NCBI GenBank assembly: GCA_050949505.1
Contig: JBMNFV010000001.1
Coordinates: 222,284 to 286,283 of the forward strand
Origin: Patescibacteria group bacterium
GTDB lineage: Bacteria; Patescibacteriota; Patescibacteriia; Patescibacteriales; UBA12465
Reading direction: 5' to 3'
DNA length: 64,000 nucleotides
The notes beneath the pieces are model-generated. The model was given only the letters and a program-made list of their open reading frames with translations. It was not told the origin of the DNA and searched no databases. The translations under genes and the position numbers were made by a program. This document shows, piece by piece, positions 8,866 to 16,732 of the stretch. Each line of letters opens with the position of its first letter. Position 1 is the first letter of the stretch.

Positions 8866-10055
8866 TTTGGCTTAATTTTTTACATTTTTATCAACCAGCT
8901 AATACGGAGTTTTATAATATAAAAACGGCCTTAGATAAAAGCTATTGGCGCTTGATTAGGCTCCTAGAAGAGCATCCTCAACTAAGGATGACGGCCAATA
9001 TCAGTGGCTGTCTTTTGGAGCGACTAGAGGATGCGGGCGAAACCAATTTTCTAGAACGCTTAAGAGTTTTAGTGAAAAAAGGACGTTTGGAATTAACGGG
9101 CTCTGCCTACTATCATGGTTTTCTACCACTCCTACCGGCGACTGAGGTGGCTAGGCAAATAAAAGACAATTTAGCTATTTTACAAAAAAACTTTGGTAAG
9201 AATTTTCAGCCCCGAGGCTTCTTTTTGCCGGAGATGGCCTATTCAGAGGCAGTCGCTAAAATAGTTAAAAGATTAGGCTATGAGTGGATTATTGTAGATG
9301 AAATTACTAGAGGAGATTTAAAGTTAGGACTAGACCTAAGGCAACGTTACCGAGATCAGGCTAGCGGCTTAAGGGTTATTTTTAGAGAAAGAGATCTATC
9401 TAACGCCTATCCGCCAGATGCCTTGTTAGAGATTTTAAAGCAGTCTCCGGAGCAAAAGCAGGGACAAGTTCCAGTTCAGATCACCGCTACTGATGCTGAG
9501 CTCTATGGCTTACGTCATGAAGATCCAACGGGAGAAATGGAAAAAATTGCTAAAGAGAAAAGAATCAAGACGATGACAATTTCCAGTTATCTAGACCAGT
9601 TGCCTAAGAAATTGAATTCAGTTAAGCTCGTGGCCTCTTCCTGGGAGTCAAGTCCTAAAGAATTGTCTCAAAACAACCCCTATTCTCTGTGGCAAAATAA
9701 AAATAATAAGATTCAGTTAGAGTTATGGAAATTAGCTAACTTCGCCCTAAGTTTAGACAAGAAATATCGGCGAGATAAAAACTATGCTTGGTATCGCTGG
9801 CACTTGTCTCGGGGCTTGGCTAGTTGTACCTTTTGGTGGGCGAGTGCTCATGATTTTTCTCAAGAATTTGGCCCCTTCGCTTGGAGCCCAGATGAAATAG
9901 AGCGGGGGGTGGGAGATTTAGTTAGAAGTGTTAGAGCTTTAAATAGTTTGACTAGCAAAAAGGATAAGTTAGCAGCGGAAAGACAGTCAATAAAAATCAG
10001 GAAGTTAATTTGGGAAACTCATTGGCAAAAATATTGGCACCAAGTATATGAATAA
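8862..10055 (+). CDS. GH57-family-like glycoside hydrolase
   Basis: 397 aa. The GH57 conserved regions are recognisable: LHFYQP (region I variant), GRLELTGSAYYHGFLPLL, GFFLPEMAYS (nucleophile Glu region), WIIVDE. ATGA overlap with glgA. Confidence 0.6.
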   Translation: MIWLNFLHFYQPANTEFYNIKTALDKSYWRLIRLLEEHPQLRMTANISGCLLERLEDAGETNFLERLRVLVKKGRLELTGSAYYHGFLPLLPATEVARQIKDNLAILQKNFGKNFQPRGFFLPEMAYSEAVAKIVKRLGYEWIIVDEITRGDLKLGLDLRQRYRDQASGLRVIFRERDLSNAYPPDALLEILKQSPEQKQGQVPVQITATDAELYGLRHEDPTGEMEKIAKEKRIKTMTISSYLDQLPKKLNSVKLVASSWESSPKELSQNNPYSLWQNKNNKIQLELWKLANFALSLDKKYRRDKNYAWYRWHLSRGLASCTFWWASAHDFSQEFGPFAWSPDEIERGVGDLVRSVRALNSLTSKKDKLAAERQSIKIRKLIWETHWQKYWHQVYE

Positions 10056-11085
10056 AATTTTACAGCTATTTGATGAAGAATTTGTTCTCACCTATTTTAA
10101 AGAGCAAGTTCTCCCCCTTTATTCGCAGTATACAGATATTGGTCAGGTAAAAATAAAGCCGTATAAAAAATTAATTTGGACCACTACCTATCACGTAGTA
10201 ATTAGTTTTCAGGTCTGGTTTAAAAAAGAATCGGGAGATAGGGAGCTAGTGCAAATAGTTTGTTCAGCTCATAGCAATGAGCCACGAGAAAATGTTTATC
10301 AGGTACTAACTTATTTAACTGAGCAGAATTTTAACAATCAAGCAGTTAGCATTCCGCGGCCCTTGTTTTACAGTTCAGAGTTTAACGCCACTTTTTATCA
10401 GGCCTTAGTGGGGGAAAATTTATTATATTACATCAAGGGGAATCAGCGAGAAGAGATTGTTAAGGTGGTAGTGGCAACAGCGCAGCTTTTTGCTCGTCTT
10501 CATAGTCTGCCAGCTATTAAAGCTCCTAACTTTAACCCTGATAGTGCTAGGATCAGGACAGTAGTGCCGGGAGTGGAAAATATTTTGCGAGAAATGTCCT
10601 TGCGCTTTAATCGTCAATATTCTGATGAGCTGGAGAAGTTTTACCACTACTTCATTACAGAAGAGGAAAGTTACTTAAGTCAAACTAAAGACTTGTGCTT
10701 AATCCATGGTGATGCGCACCCAGAGAATATAATCAAAACAGGAGAAAATTCTATTGGGGTGATCGACCTAACAGATATTTGCCAAGGAGACTACGCCCGA
10801 GACTTGGGAACATTTTTACAACAATTAGAGTATAAGATTTTAGTTAAAATAGGGAGCCAAGAGTTTGCTGATGAGATGAAAAAACTATTTTTAGATAATT
10901 ATTTTCTCGCCTCTGGTCAGTCAGATAGTCCTGCTCTACAAAAACGAATACAACTTTACTATGACTGGACAGCCATTAGAACTGCCACCTATTTATTCCT
11001 TAAGCATGACCCCAATGAAACTCAAGGGGAGAAATTATTTAATAAAGTTAAAGAAGATTTAATTATAGATAGCCATGAAAAATAA
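10048..11085 (+). CDS. APH/choline-kinase-fold phosphotransferase (possibly sugar or maltose kinase)
   Basis: 345 aa. Catalytic-loop motif LIHGDAHPENII and DLTDICQGDYARDLG (Brenner and DxD-like motifs of the aminoglycoside phosphotransferase fold). The substrate is inferred only from the glucan gene context. Confidence 0.6.
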   Translation: MNKILQLFDEEFVLTYFKEQVLPLYSQYTDIGQVKIKPYKKLIWTTTYHVVISFQVWFKKESGDRELVQIVCSAHSNEPRENVYQVLTYLTEQNFNNQAVSIPRPLFYSSEFNATFYQALVGENLLYYIKGNQREEIVKVVVATAQLFARLHSLPAIKAPNFNPDSARIRTVVPGVENILREMSLRFNRQYSDELEKFYHYFITEEESYLSQTKDLCLIHGDAHPENIIKTGENSIGVIDLTDICQGDYARDLGTFLQQLEYKILVKIGSQEFADEMKKLFLDNYFLASGQSDSPALQKRIQLYYDWTAIRTATYLFLKHDPNETQGEKLFNKVKEDLIIDSHEK

Positions 11086-12241
11086 AAAGTCAATCACAAT
11101 TGCTCATCTGCATGTTTGGGACAAGAAAAACAAGGGAGATGTGGCCATAGTGCTAGCCGTTCAAGAGTTATTGCGCCAACACTTTCCGGAAGCTAAGATT
11201 ATTGATTACCCAGTGTCTTTGCTAAAAACTGGAGGAGCGGTGGAGGCTAAGAAAATAAATCAAGCCGACTTTATTGTTATTGGCGGGGGTGGTATTTTTT
11301 ATTCTTACTTCCTGCCTTATAGCCAGAAGTTTATCAAACAGTTAAAAAAACCAATCATTATTTTCGGAGCTGGCTACATCAGAGAAGTGGGGGCACCGGC
11401 TTTAAGCAAGGCAGCGGCTTCAAGTGTTGCCTATTTAGCTAAGCAAGCAATTTTAGTAGGAGTTCGGGATGATAATACTAAAAAGTTTTTAATTGACCAC
11501 GGTTTAGCAGCAGAGAAAATTGAGGTAGTGGGGGACCCAGCCCTAGTTTTAAGTGAGCAGGCTCCTCAAGAGGAAGTTCTTAAAAAGTTAGCCCTCGCCA
11601 AGGGGGACATTATTCCCGCCAGAGATTTGAGTCAGGGTCAGGCTAAGCTGGCGCTACAAAAAAAGAAAAACACCGCTTCACCAATTAGAATTGGACTCAA
11701 TTTAAACTACTCAGGTTGGTTAGGTTTTGGTAAGTGGCAGGATGACATTTTAGGAGCTTATCAGGCGGTGATTGACTATTTTCAAGAAACTTATGGCGGA
11801 GAGACTGGTCCAGGGGTAGAGTTCTATTATCTTAAGCATCATCCGGGAGAGAGTCGGATCTATCCAAAGCTAAAAATCAAGAACAGGCATTTAGTAAACC
11901 TAAAACCGGGAGAACAGAAATATGTTTATGGCCGACTAGATTTAGTGATTGGCATGATGCTTCATGTGGGAGTAATGGCCTTTGGAGCAGAGACTCCCCA
12001 GATTAGCGTAGCTTATGATTTAAGAAATTATAGCTTCGCCGAATACGTTAAATTGCCAGAGTTGGTAATTAGTCTAGAGGACCTCAGTCAGGGAGCCTTG
12101 TTAGCGCGAGCTCAGGAGGTGTTTAAGAAAAGGAAGAAGTATGGCATAATATTTAAGTTAAGGAAGAGACAGATAGCGGATCGGCAAGCAGAGTTCTTAA
12201 TTAAAGCAAAAAAGGTCCTTAAGTCGTTTAAAAGTGATTAG
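11075..12241 (+). CDS. Polysaccharide pyruvyl transferase family protein
   Basis: 388 aa. N-terminal HVWDKKNKGDVAI and IIGGGGIF motifs typical of the CsaB/WcaK-type pyruvyl transferase family. Confidence 0.6.
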   Translation: MKNKKSITIAHLHVWDKKNKGDVAIVLAVQELLRQHFPEAKIIDYPVSLLKTGGAVEAKKINQADFIVIGGGGIFYSYFLPYSQKFIKQLKKPIIIFGAGYIREVGAPALSKAAASSVAYLAKQAILVGVRDDNTKKFLIDHGLAAEKIEVVGDPALVLSEQAPQEEVLKKLALAKGDIIPARDLSQGQAKLALQKKKNTASPIRIGLNLNYSGWLGFGKWQDDILGAYQAVIDYFQETYGGETGPGVEFYYLKHHPGESRIYPKLKIKNRHLVNLKPGEQKYVYGRLDLVIGMMLHVGVMAFGAETPQISVAYDLRNYSFAEYVKLPELVISLEDLSQGALLARAQEVFKKRKKYGIIFKLRKRQIADRQAEFLIKAKKVLKSFKSD

Positions 12242-14783
12242 TATGTCTAAAAAAAAGTCAACCAAGAAACAGAATAAGTCAAATGATTACCTTAGCCTAC
12301 CTCGCCTAGAGTTAAGTGATAAGGCAAAGCGTAGTATTTTAACTTTATTGTTAATCGGTTTAGGGCTACTTAGTTTTTTAGGACTATTTAATTTGTCTGG
12401 TCGCTTTGGAGGCTTCGTTTCTCAATGGCTACAATTAATTTTTGGCTTTGGTAAGTGGCTAGTGCCAGTGATGTTTATTTATTGGGCTTTAATTACCTAC
12501 CGACGCGAACGCCAGCCATTAAAGTTTGCCGACTACTTAGGACTGGGCTTATTATTCATTGCGTATCAGACTTTATTTCACTTTTTTTATGACCCTGAGG
12601 TTTGGCTAGCTCAGGCGGAGGGGGGAACTGGAGGAGGTTATTTAGGCTATTTCTTTGGTAGACTATTTTTCTATCTCTTTGGCTTTTGGGGAGGGTTAGT
12701 AGTGTTGCTGGCAATCTTATTAAGCTCTTTGGTGCTGGTATTTAATACCTCGTTAACTAAAATAATAGGCCGAGAAAGTCTAGTCTTTAGATTTGCTAAA
12801 CCATTTGGTTTATTTTTCCGCAATCTATTTTCTCAAAGTCATGAAGAGGAAGAGATAGAAGAGGAGGAAGAGGAGAATATTATTATAGAGGAAGAAGTAG
12901 AGTCAGATGAGGTCTTAAAGTCTTGGCAAGAAAAAGAACTATTTGAGGAAGAGTCGCCTAGTCCAGCTAGACAGCGGGCCAAGTCTAAGCGTCCGGCGGT
13001 TCAGGAGAAGATTGTTTGGCCCAAGCGTTCAGTTAAGATAGACCTGCCTTTAGAATTGTTAAACGATAAATATTCTCAGGCAATTGGAGGGGATACAGAA
13101 ATCAATGCTCTAAAAATTAGCAAGACCTTAGAAAAGTTTGGGATAGAAGTAGAAATGGGGGAGACTAAGGTAGGCCCAACCGTTACTCAATACACCTTCA
13201 GACCAGCAGCGGGAGTGAAGTTATCACGGATCACCACTCTAAATAATGACCTGTCCCTATCTTTAGCGGCTCATCCAATTAGAATTGAGGCCCCGATTCC
13301 GGGCAAGTCTTTGGTGGGAGTGGAGGTGCCTAACAAGGCTAAGGCGATTGTCGGGTTAAGAGAAATTTTAGCTGACCAAGTTTTTAAGGAGAGAAAGAAT
13401 AATCTCTTTGTAGTTTTAGGTAAAGACGTAGCGGGCACCGCTTGGCTTTATGATTTAACTAAAATGCCCCACTTATTAGTTGCCGGAGCAACTAACTCAG
13501 GTAAGTCGGTTTGTCTCAATGCTATTATTGTGAGTTTGTTATATCAAAATAACCCTGAAGACTTGCGCTTTATTATGGTGGACCCTAAGCGAGTTGAACT
13601 GCCGACCTATAATGGCATTCCGCACCTGCTCACTCCGGTGATTACTGATGTTAATAAAACAATTAATGCACTGAAGTGGTGCTTAAATGAAATGGAAAGA
13701 CGTTATGATCTGCTCAATCAGGCCGGGAAGCGCAATATTCAATCATACAATCAAACAGCAGCTGAAAGACTCCCCTATATCGTCTTTATCATTGATGAGC
13801 TAGCGGACTTTATGATGACTAGTGGTAAGGAAATGGAGGCAGCGATTATTAGACTAGCGCAAATGTCACGAGCAATAGGCATCCACCTTATCTTAGCCAC
13901 GCAGCGACCTAGCGTTGATGTGATCACGGGATTGATTAAAGCCAATGTTCCTACACGAATTGCTTTTTCGGTGGCTTCACTAGTGGATTCAAAAACAATT
14001 TTAGACTCATCAGGAGCCGAGAAATTATTAGGGCAAGGCGATATGTTGTTTTCCAGTGCGGAGTTTGCTAAGCCCAAGAGAATTCAAGGAGCCTACCTTA
14101 GCGATGAGGAAATTAATGATGTCGTTAATTATATTAAAGAAAAAAGTGGTCCAGCTGAGTATCTTGAGGGAGTGACGGATAGGCAAAAGGTAGGCGGCAA
14201 TGCCGGCGTGGGCCTAGATGGAACCCGGGGTGATGAAGATGAGTTATTTGAAGAAGCTAAGGAAATTATTGTTAGAGCTGGTAAGGCTTCTACCTCAATG
14301 CTGCAACGACGTTTGTCAATTGGTTATGGGCGAGCGGCTAAGATTTTAGATATGCTAGAAGACTCAGGAATTATCGGTCCTCCCAATGGTTCTAAGCCTC
14401 GGGAAGTGCTAGTTAGTCAGGAGCAATATGAGGCGATGAATGAAGGGGAGTTTATTGCCGGCATTCCAATTCATAATCGGGCTGAGTCTAAGCAGCCAGA
14501 CAGCTATCTAGCTGGCGATGAGGGCAATGACGATACTCTAGTTTTTAGCAATCAGTCAACTGAGGAAGATTTAGAGGCGGAGACTGAAGCGGAACTATCA
14601 TTAAGTCCTGAAGAATTAGAGGAAGTGGTTAATGATGAGACAGAAATCTTAGAAGAAATTAGGGAGGACGATGACGTAGAGGTTGATAGCGCTGTCAGTG
14701 AAGAAGAGGAAGAGCCAGCATTAGACGAAGAAGACAGGCCCAGCCCCTTAACTGATGATGATGAAATGTTCTTTGCTCGTTAA
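12234..14783 (+). CDS. ftsK: DNA translocase FtsK/SpoIIIE with unusual acidic C-terminal tail
   Basis: 849 aa. N-terminal TM helices, Walker A GATNSGKS, Walker B VFIIDELAD, gamma winged-helix ASTSMLQRRLSIGYGRAAKILDMLE. The start may be GTG 12234 (8-nt overlap) or ATG 12243. Confidence 0.95.
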   Translation: MISMSKKKSTKKQNKSNDYLSLPRLELSDKAKRSILTLLLIGLGLLSFLGLFNLSGRFGGFVSQWLQLIFGFGKWLVPVMFIYWALITYRRERQPLKFADYLGLGLLFIAYQTLFHFFYDPEVWLAQAEGGTGGGYLGYFFGRLFFYLFGFWGGLVVLLAILLSSLVLVFNTSLTKIIGRESLVFRFAKPFGLFFRNLFSQSHEEEEIEEEEEENIIIEEEVESDEVLKSWQEKELFEEESPSPARQRAKSKRPAVQEKIVWPKRSVKIDLPLELLNDKYSQAIGGDTEINALKISKTLEKFGIEVEMGETKVGPTVTQYTFRPAAGVKLSRITTLNNDLSLSLAAHPIRIEAPIPGKSLVGVEVPNKAKAIVGLREILADQVFKERKNNLFVVLGKDVAGTAWLYDLTKMPHLLVAGATNSGKSVCLNAIIVSLLYQNNPEDLRFIMVDPKRVELPTYNGIPHLLTPVITDVNKTINALKWCLNEMERRYDLLNQAGKRNIQSYNQTAAERLPYIVFIIDELADFMMTSGKEMEAAIIRLAQMSRAIGIHLILATQRPSVDVITGLIKANVPTRIAFSVASLVDSKTILDSSGAEKLLGQGDMLFSSAEFAKPKRIQGAYLSDEEINDVVNYIKEKSGPAEYLEGVTDRQKVGGNAGVGLDGTRGDEDELFEEAKEIIVRAGKASTSMLQRRLSIGYGRAAKILDMLEDSGIIGPPNGSKPREVLVSQEQYEAMNEGEFIAGIPIHNRAESKQPDSYLAGDEGNDDTLVFSNQSTEEDLEAETEAELSLSPEELEEVVNDETEILEEIREDDDVEVDSAVSEEEEEPALDEEDRPSPLTDDDEMFFAR

Positions 14784-14948
14784 GAGAAATGATTGATTTT
14801 CTAGCAAATCCTTTTACTTTTTATTTAACTATGCTATAGTGTTAGTAGTAATGCGGTGTAACAAAAAGCTTGTTATTACGTATTATTAGTATATAGCTAT
14901 TAACTTGATAAAAGTTTTTAGCCCACCGTGAAGAAAAATTTCACAAAA

Positions 14949-14979
14949 CCACTCGACGGAATCCGAGTGGTTTTTGTTT
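14949..14979 (+). terminator. Rho-independent terminator in the ftsK-murE spacer
   Basis: 7-bp stem CCACTCG/CGAGTGG (14949-14955 / 14964-14970), 8-nt loop, followed by TTTTTGTTTT. Confidence 0.7.
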
Positions 14980-15036
14980 TATTGTCACATTTAGTTTGAC
15001 GAGTTTGTTTTTCTATTATTTACTTTCTCCATTATC

Positions 15037-15045
15037 TGCTATAAT
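15037..15045 (+). promoter_or_regulatory. Extended -10 promoter (TGcTATAAT) for the murE-like gene, implying a leaderless transcript
   Basis: TGCTATAAT at 15037-15045. The ATG at 15054 is only 8 nt past the hexamer, so the predicted transcription start falls at or next to the start codon. There is no good -35 element. Confidence 0.45.
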
Positions 15046-15053
15046 AGAAGTCT

Positions 15054-16478
15054 ATGTTAGAAAAGATAAAAAAATTAGTACCGCGGCGTTTATTCAAATC
15101 CTTGCAGCCAATTTATCACTATTTTATTGCCTGGCTAGCTTTAATAGTCTATCGTTCGCCTAGTCAAGAGCTTGTCGTGATTGGAGTTACGGGCACGGCT
15201 GGCAAAACCTCAACGGTGTACTTAATTGCCAAGATATTAGCAGAAGCCGGATACAAAACAGGCTTCACTTCAACAGCTGTTTTTTCTGATGGGGATAGAG
15301 AGTGGTTGAATGATAAAAAAATGACCATGCCCGGCCGGTTCTTCATTCAAAGAAGCTTGCGAGCCATGCTTAAAAATGGTTGTCGCTACGCCATTGTTGA
15401 GACGACTTCAGAAGGAATCAAGCAGTTTAGACATCGCTTTATTAACTATGACACCCTAGTATTTACCAGTCTTTATCCCGAGCATATAGAGGCTCATGGG
15501 AATTTTGCTAATTACAAAAAGACTAAAGAACGCTTATTCAAACACTTAAAGACTGGCCGGACTAAATATATCAATGAGCAACATGAGGTAATAAGGCCAC
15601 GCAGTGGGCTTAAAAAGCTAGACTTAAGCAGGGTGAGAAAAACTATTATTATCAACGGGGATGATGAGCACGCCTTAGACTTCCTTAATCATTGGAGCGA
15701 AACTAAGCTGGCCTGTTCCTTTGCCTCCGATGTTCAAGCTGAACAGTTTCTTGGTCAGTTAAGCGCTGAGGCACAAGTTAAAGACTTTACGGTAGTTAGG
15801 GGTAGGGACCTTAGTGAAGAGGCGACGGGCTTAAGTTTCATAATAGATGACCAGCCAATAACCCTACCATTACTAGGCCGCTTTAACGCTATTAACGCCC
15901 TACTCGCTTATGCAGTTGGCCTCAGTCAAGGTATTTCGGCAGAAAAAATCAGCTCCGGTTTAGAGCAGGTGAAGGGTTTGGCGGGAAAGTTGGAGTTAAT
16001 TAAGGCAGGACAAGACTTCACGGCTATCGTTGACTATTCTTTTGAGCCAGTGGCTCTTCAGAAACTATATGAGACCCTAGAGCAGTTACCTAAAAACAAA
16101 ATTATTCACCTCTTGGGTTCGGCTGGAGGGGGACGCGATAAAACTAGACGGCCAATTTTAGGGGAATTAGCAGGCCGCCAGGCGGACATAGTTATTGTTA
16201 GTAATGAAGACCCCTATGATGAGGACCCTGAGGAAATAATCAAAGAAGTGGCGGCGGGAGCTAAGGCAGCTGGTAAAATAATGGATCAAAATTTATTCAC
16301 CATTTTAGATAGGCGCCAGGCAATAGCCAAGGCCCTATCTTTAGCCACGGCGGGAGATTTAGTACTATTTACCGGCAAAGGAGCCGAACAGCATATTTGT
16401 CTAGCCCAAGGAGAAAAATTGCCCTGGGATGAGCGAACAGTGGTTAGGGAAGAGCTGGATAAGTTGCTGTCTAAATAA
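15054..16478 (+). CDS. murE: Mur ligase family protein, MurE-like
   Basis: 474 aa. ATP-binding GVTGTAGKTST. The central and C-terminal Mur ligase domains align by eye. The region equivalent to the MurE DNPR motif reads SNEDPYDEDP, so amino-acid specificity is uncertain. Confidence 0.8.
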   Translation: MLEKIKKLVPRRLFKSLQPIYHYFIAWLALIVYRSPSQELVVIGVTGTAGKTSTVYLIAKILAEAGYKTGFTSTAVFSDGDREWLNDKKMTMPGRFFIQRSLRAMLKNGCRYAIVETTSEGIKQFRHRFINYDTLVFTSLYPEHIEAHGNFANYKKTKERLFKHLKTGRTKYINEQHEVIRPRSGLKKLDLSRVRKTIIINGDDEHALDFLNHWSETKLACSFASDVQAEQFLGQLSAEAQVKDFTVVRGRDLSEEATGLSFIIDDQPITLPLLGRFNAINALLAYAVGLSQGISAEKISSGLEQVKGLAGKLELIKAGQDFTAIVDYSFEPVALQKLYETLEQLPKNKIIHLLGSAGGGRDKTRRPILGELAGRQADIVIVSNEDPYDEDPEEIIKEVAAGAKAAGKIMDQNLFTILDRRQAIAKALSLATAGDLVLFTGKGAEQHICLAQGEKLPWDERTVVREELDKLLSK

Positions 16479-16541
16479 CCTAATTTTGAGTAAGCAAGGG
16501 AAGTTTTTTAGTTATTAACTTGCTTGTGGAAAAACTGTGTA

Positions 16542-16570
16542 TTGACAAAAGGAGTTTAATATTATATCAT
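16542..16570 (+). promoter_or_regulatory. Putative sigma-70 type promoter upstream of rpoB
   Basis: TTGACA (16542-16547), 17-nt spacer, TATCAT (16565-16570). It would give a leader of about 155 nt before the rpoB ATG. Confidence 0.4.
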
Positions 16571-16732
16571 AAAAACATTAACACTTTTTTAATTTAAAAA
16601 AAGTGATCAACCAAAAAACTAGTTAATTTAATACGAGATAAGCTCAAGCCAATTTGGGATTGGGTTTTTTTGCTGTAAATGCTATTTATTAGCGGTTTTT
16701 TGTCTAAATAAATTAATAAAAAGCCTAATCTT

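Noticed and set aside
8860-8866. Possibility of an alternative genetic code (UGA recoding, as in some candidate phyla)
   Set aside because: TGA ends glgA exactly at the ATGA overlap with the next gene. All conserved proteins (RpoB, RpoC, LeuS, LepA, RadA) are full length under the standard code with no internal TGA/TAA/TAG. The only suspicious in-frame stop is the TAA splitting VirB4.
12840-12960. GAA/GAG-rich tracts (also 14560-14760, 19940-20010, 50770-50830) as possible DNA repeats
   Set aside because: They are in-frame poly-Glu/Asp coding low-complexity regions of FtsK, RpoB and the operon's first membrane protein. They have no fixed repeat unit at the DNA level.
12234-14783. FtsK as the missing T4SS coupling protein (FtsK-like TcpA-type)
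   Set aside because: It has the full housekeeping architecture (N-terminal membrane domain, linker, motor, gamma KOPS-binding domain). It lies 36 kb from the T4SS-like operon, in a chain with ruvC and metabolic genes.
16649-16671. Hairpin plus T-run (CCAAT/ATTGG then GTTTTTTT) in the rpoB leader as a transcription attenuator
   Set aside because: The stem is only 5 bp and A/T-rich. The upstream AT-only hairpin at ~16584-16607 is equally weak. The evidence is too thin to call a regulatory element.
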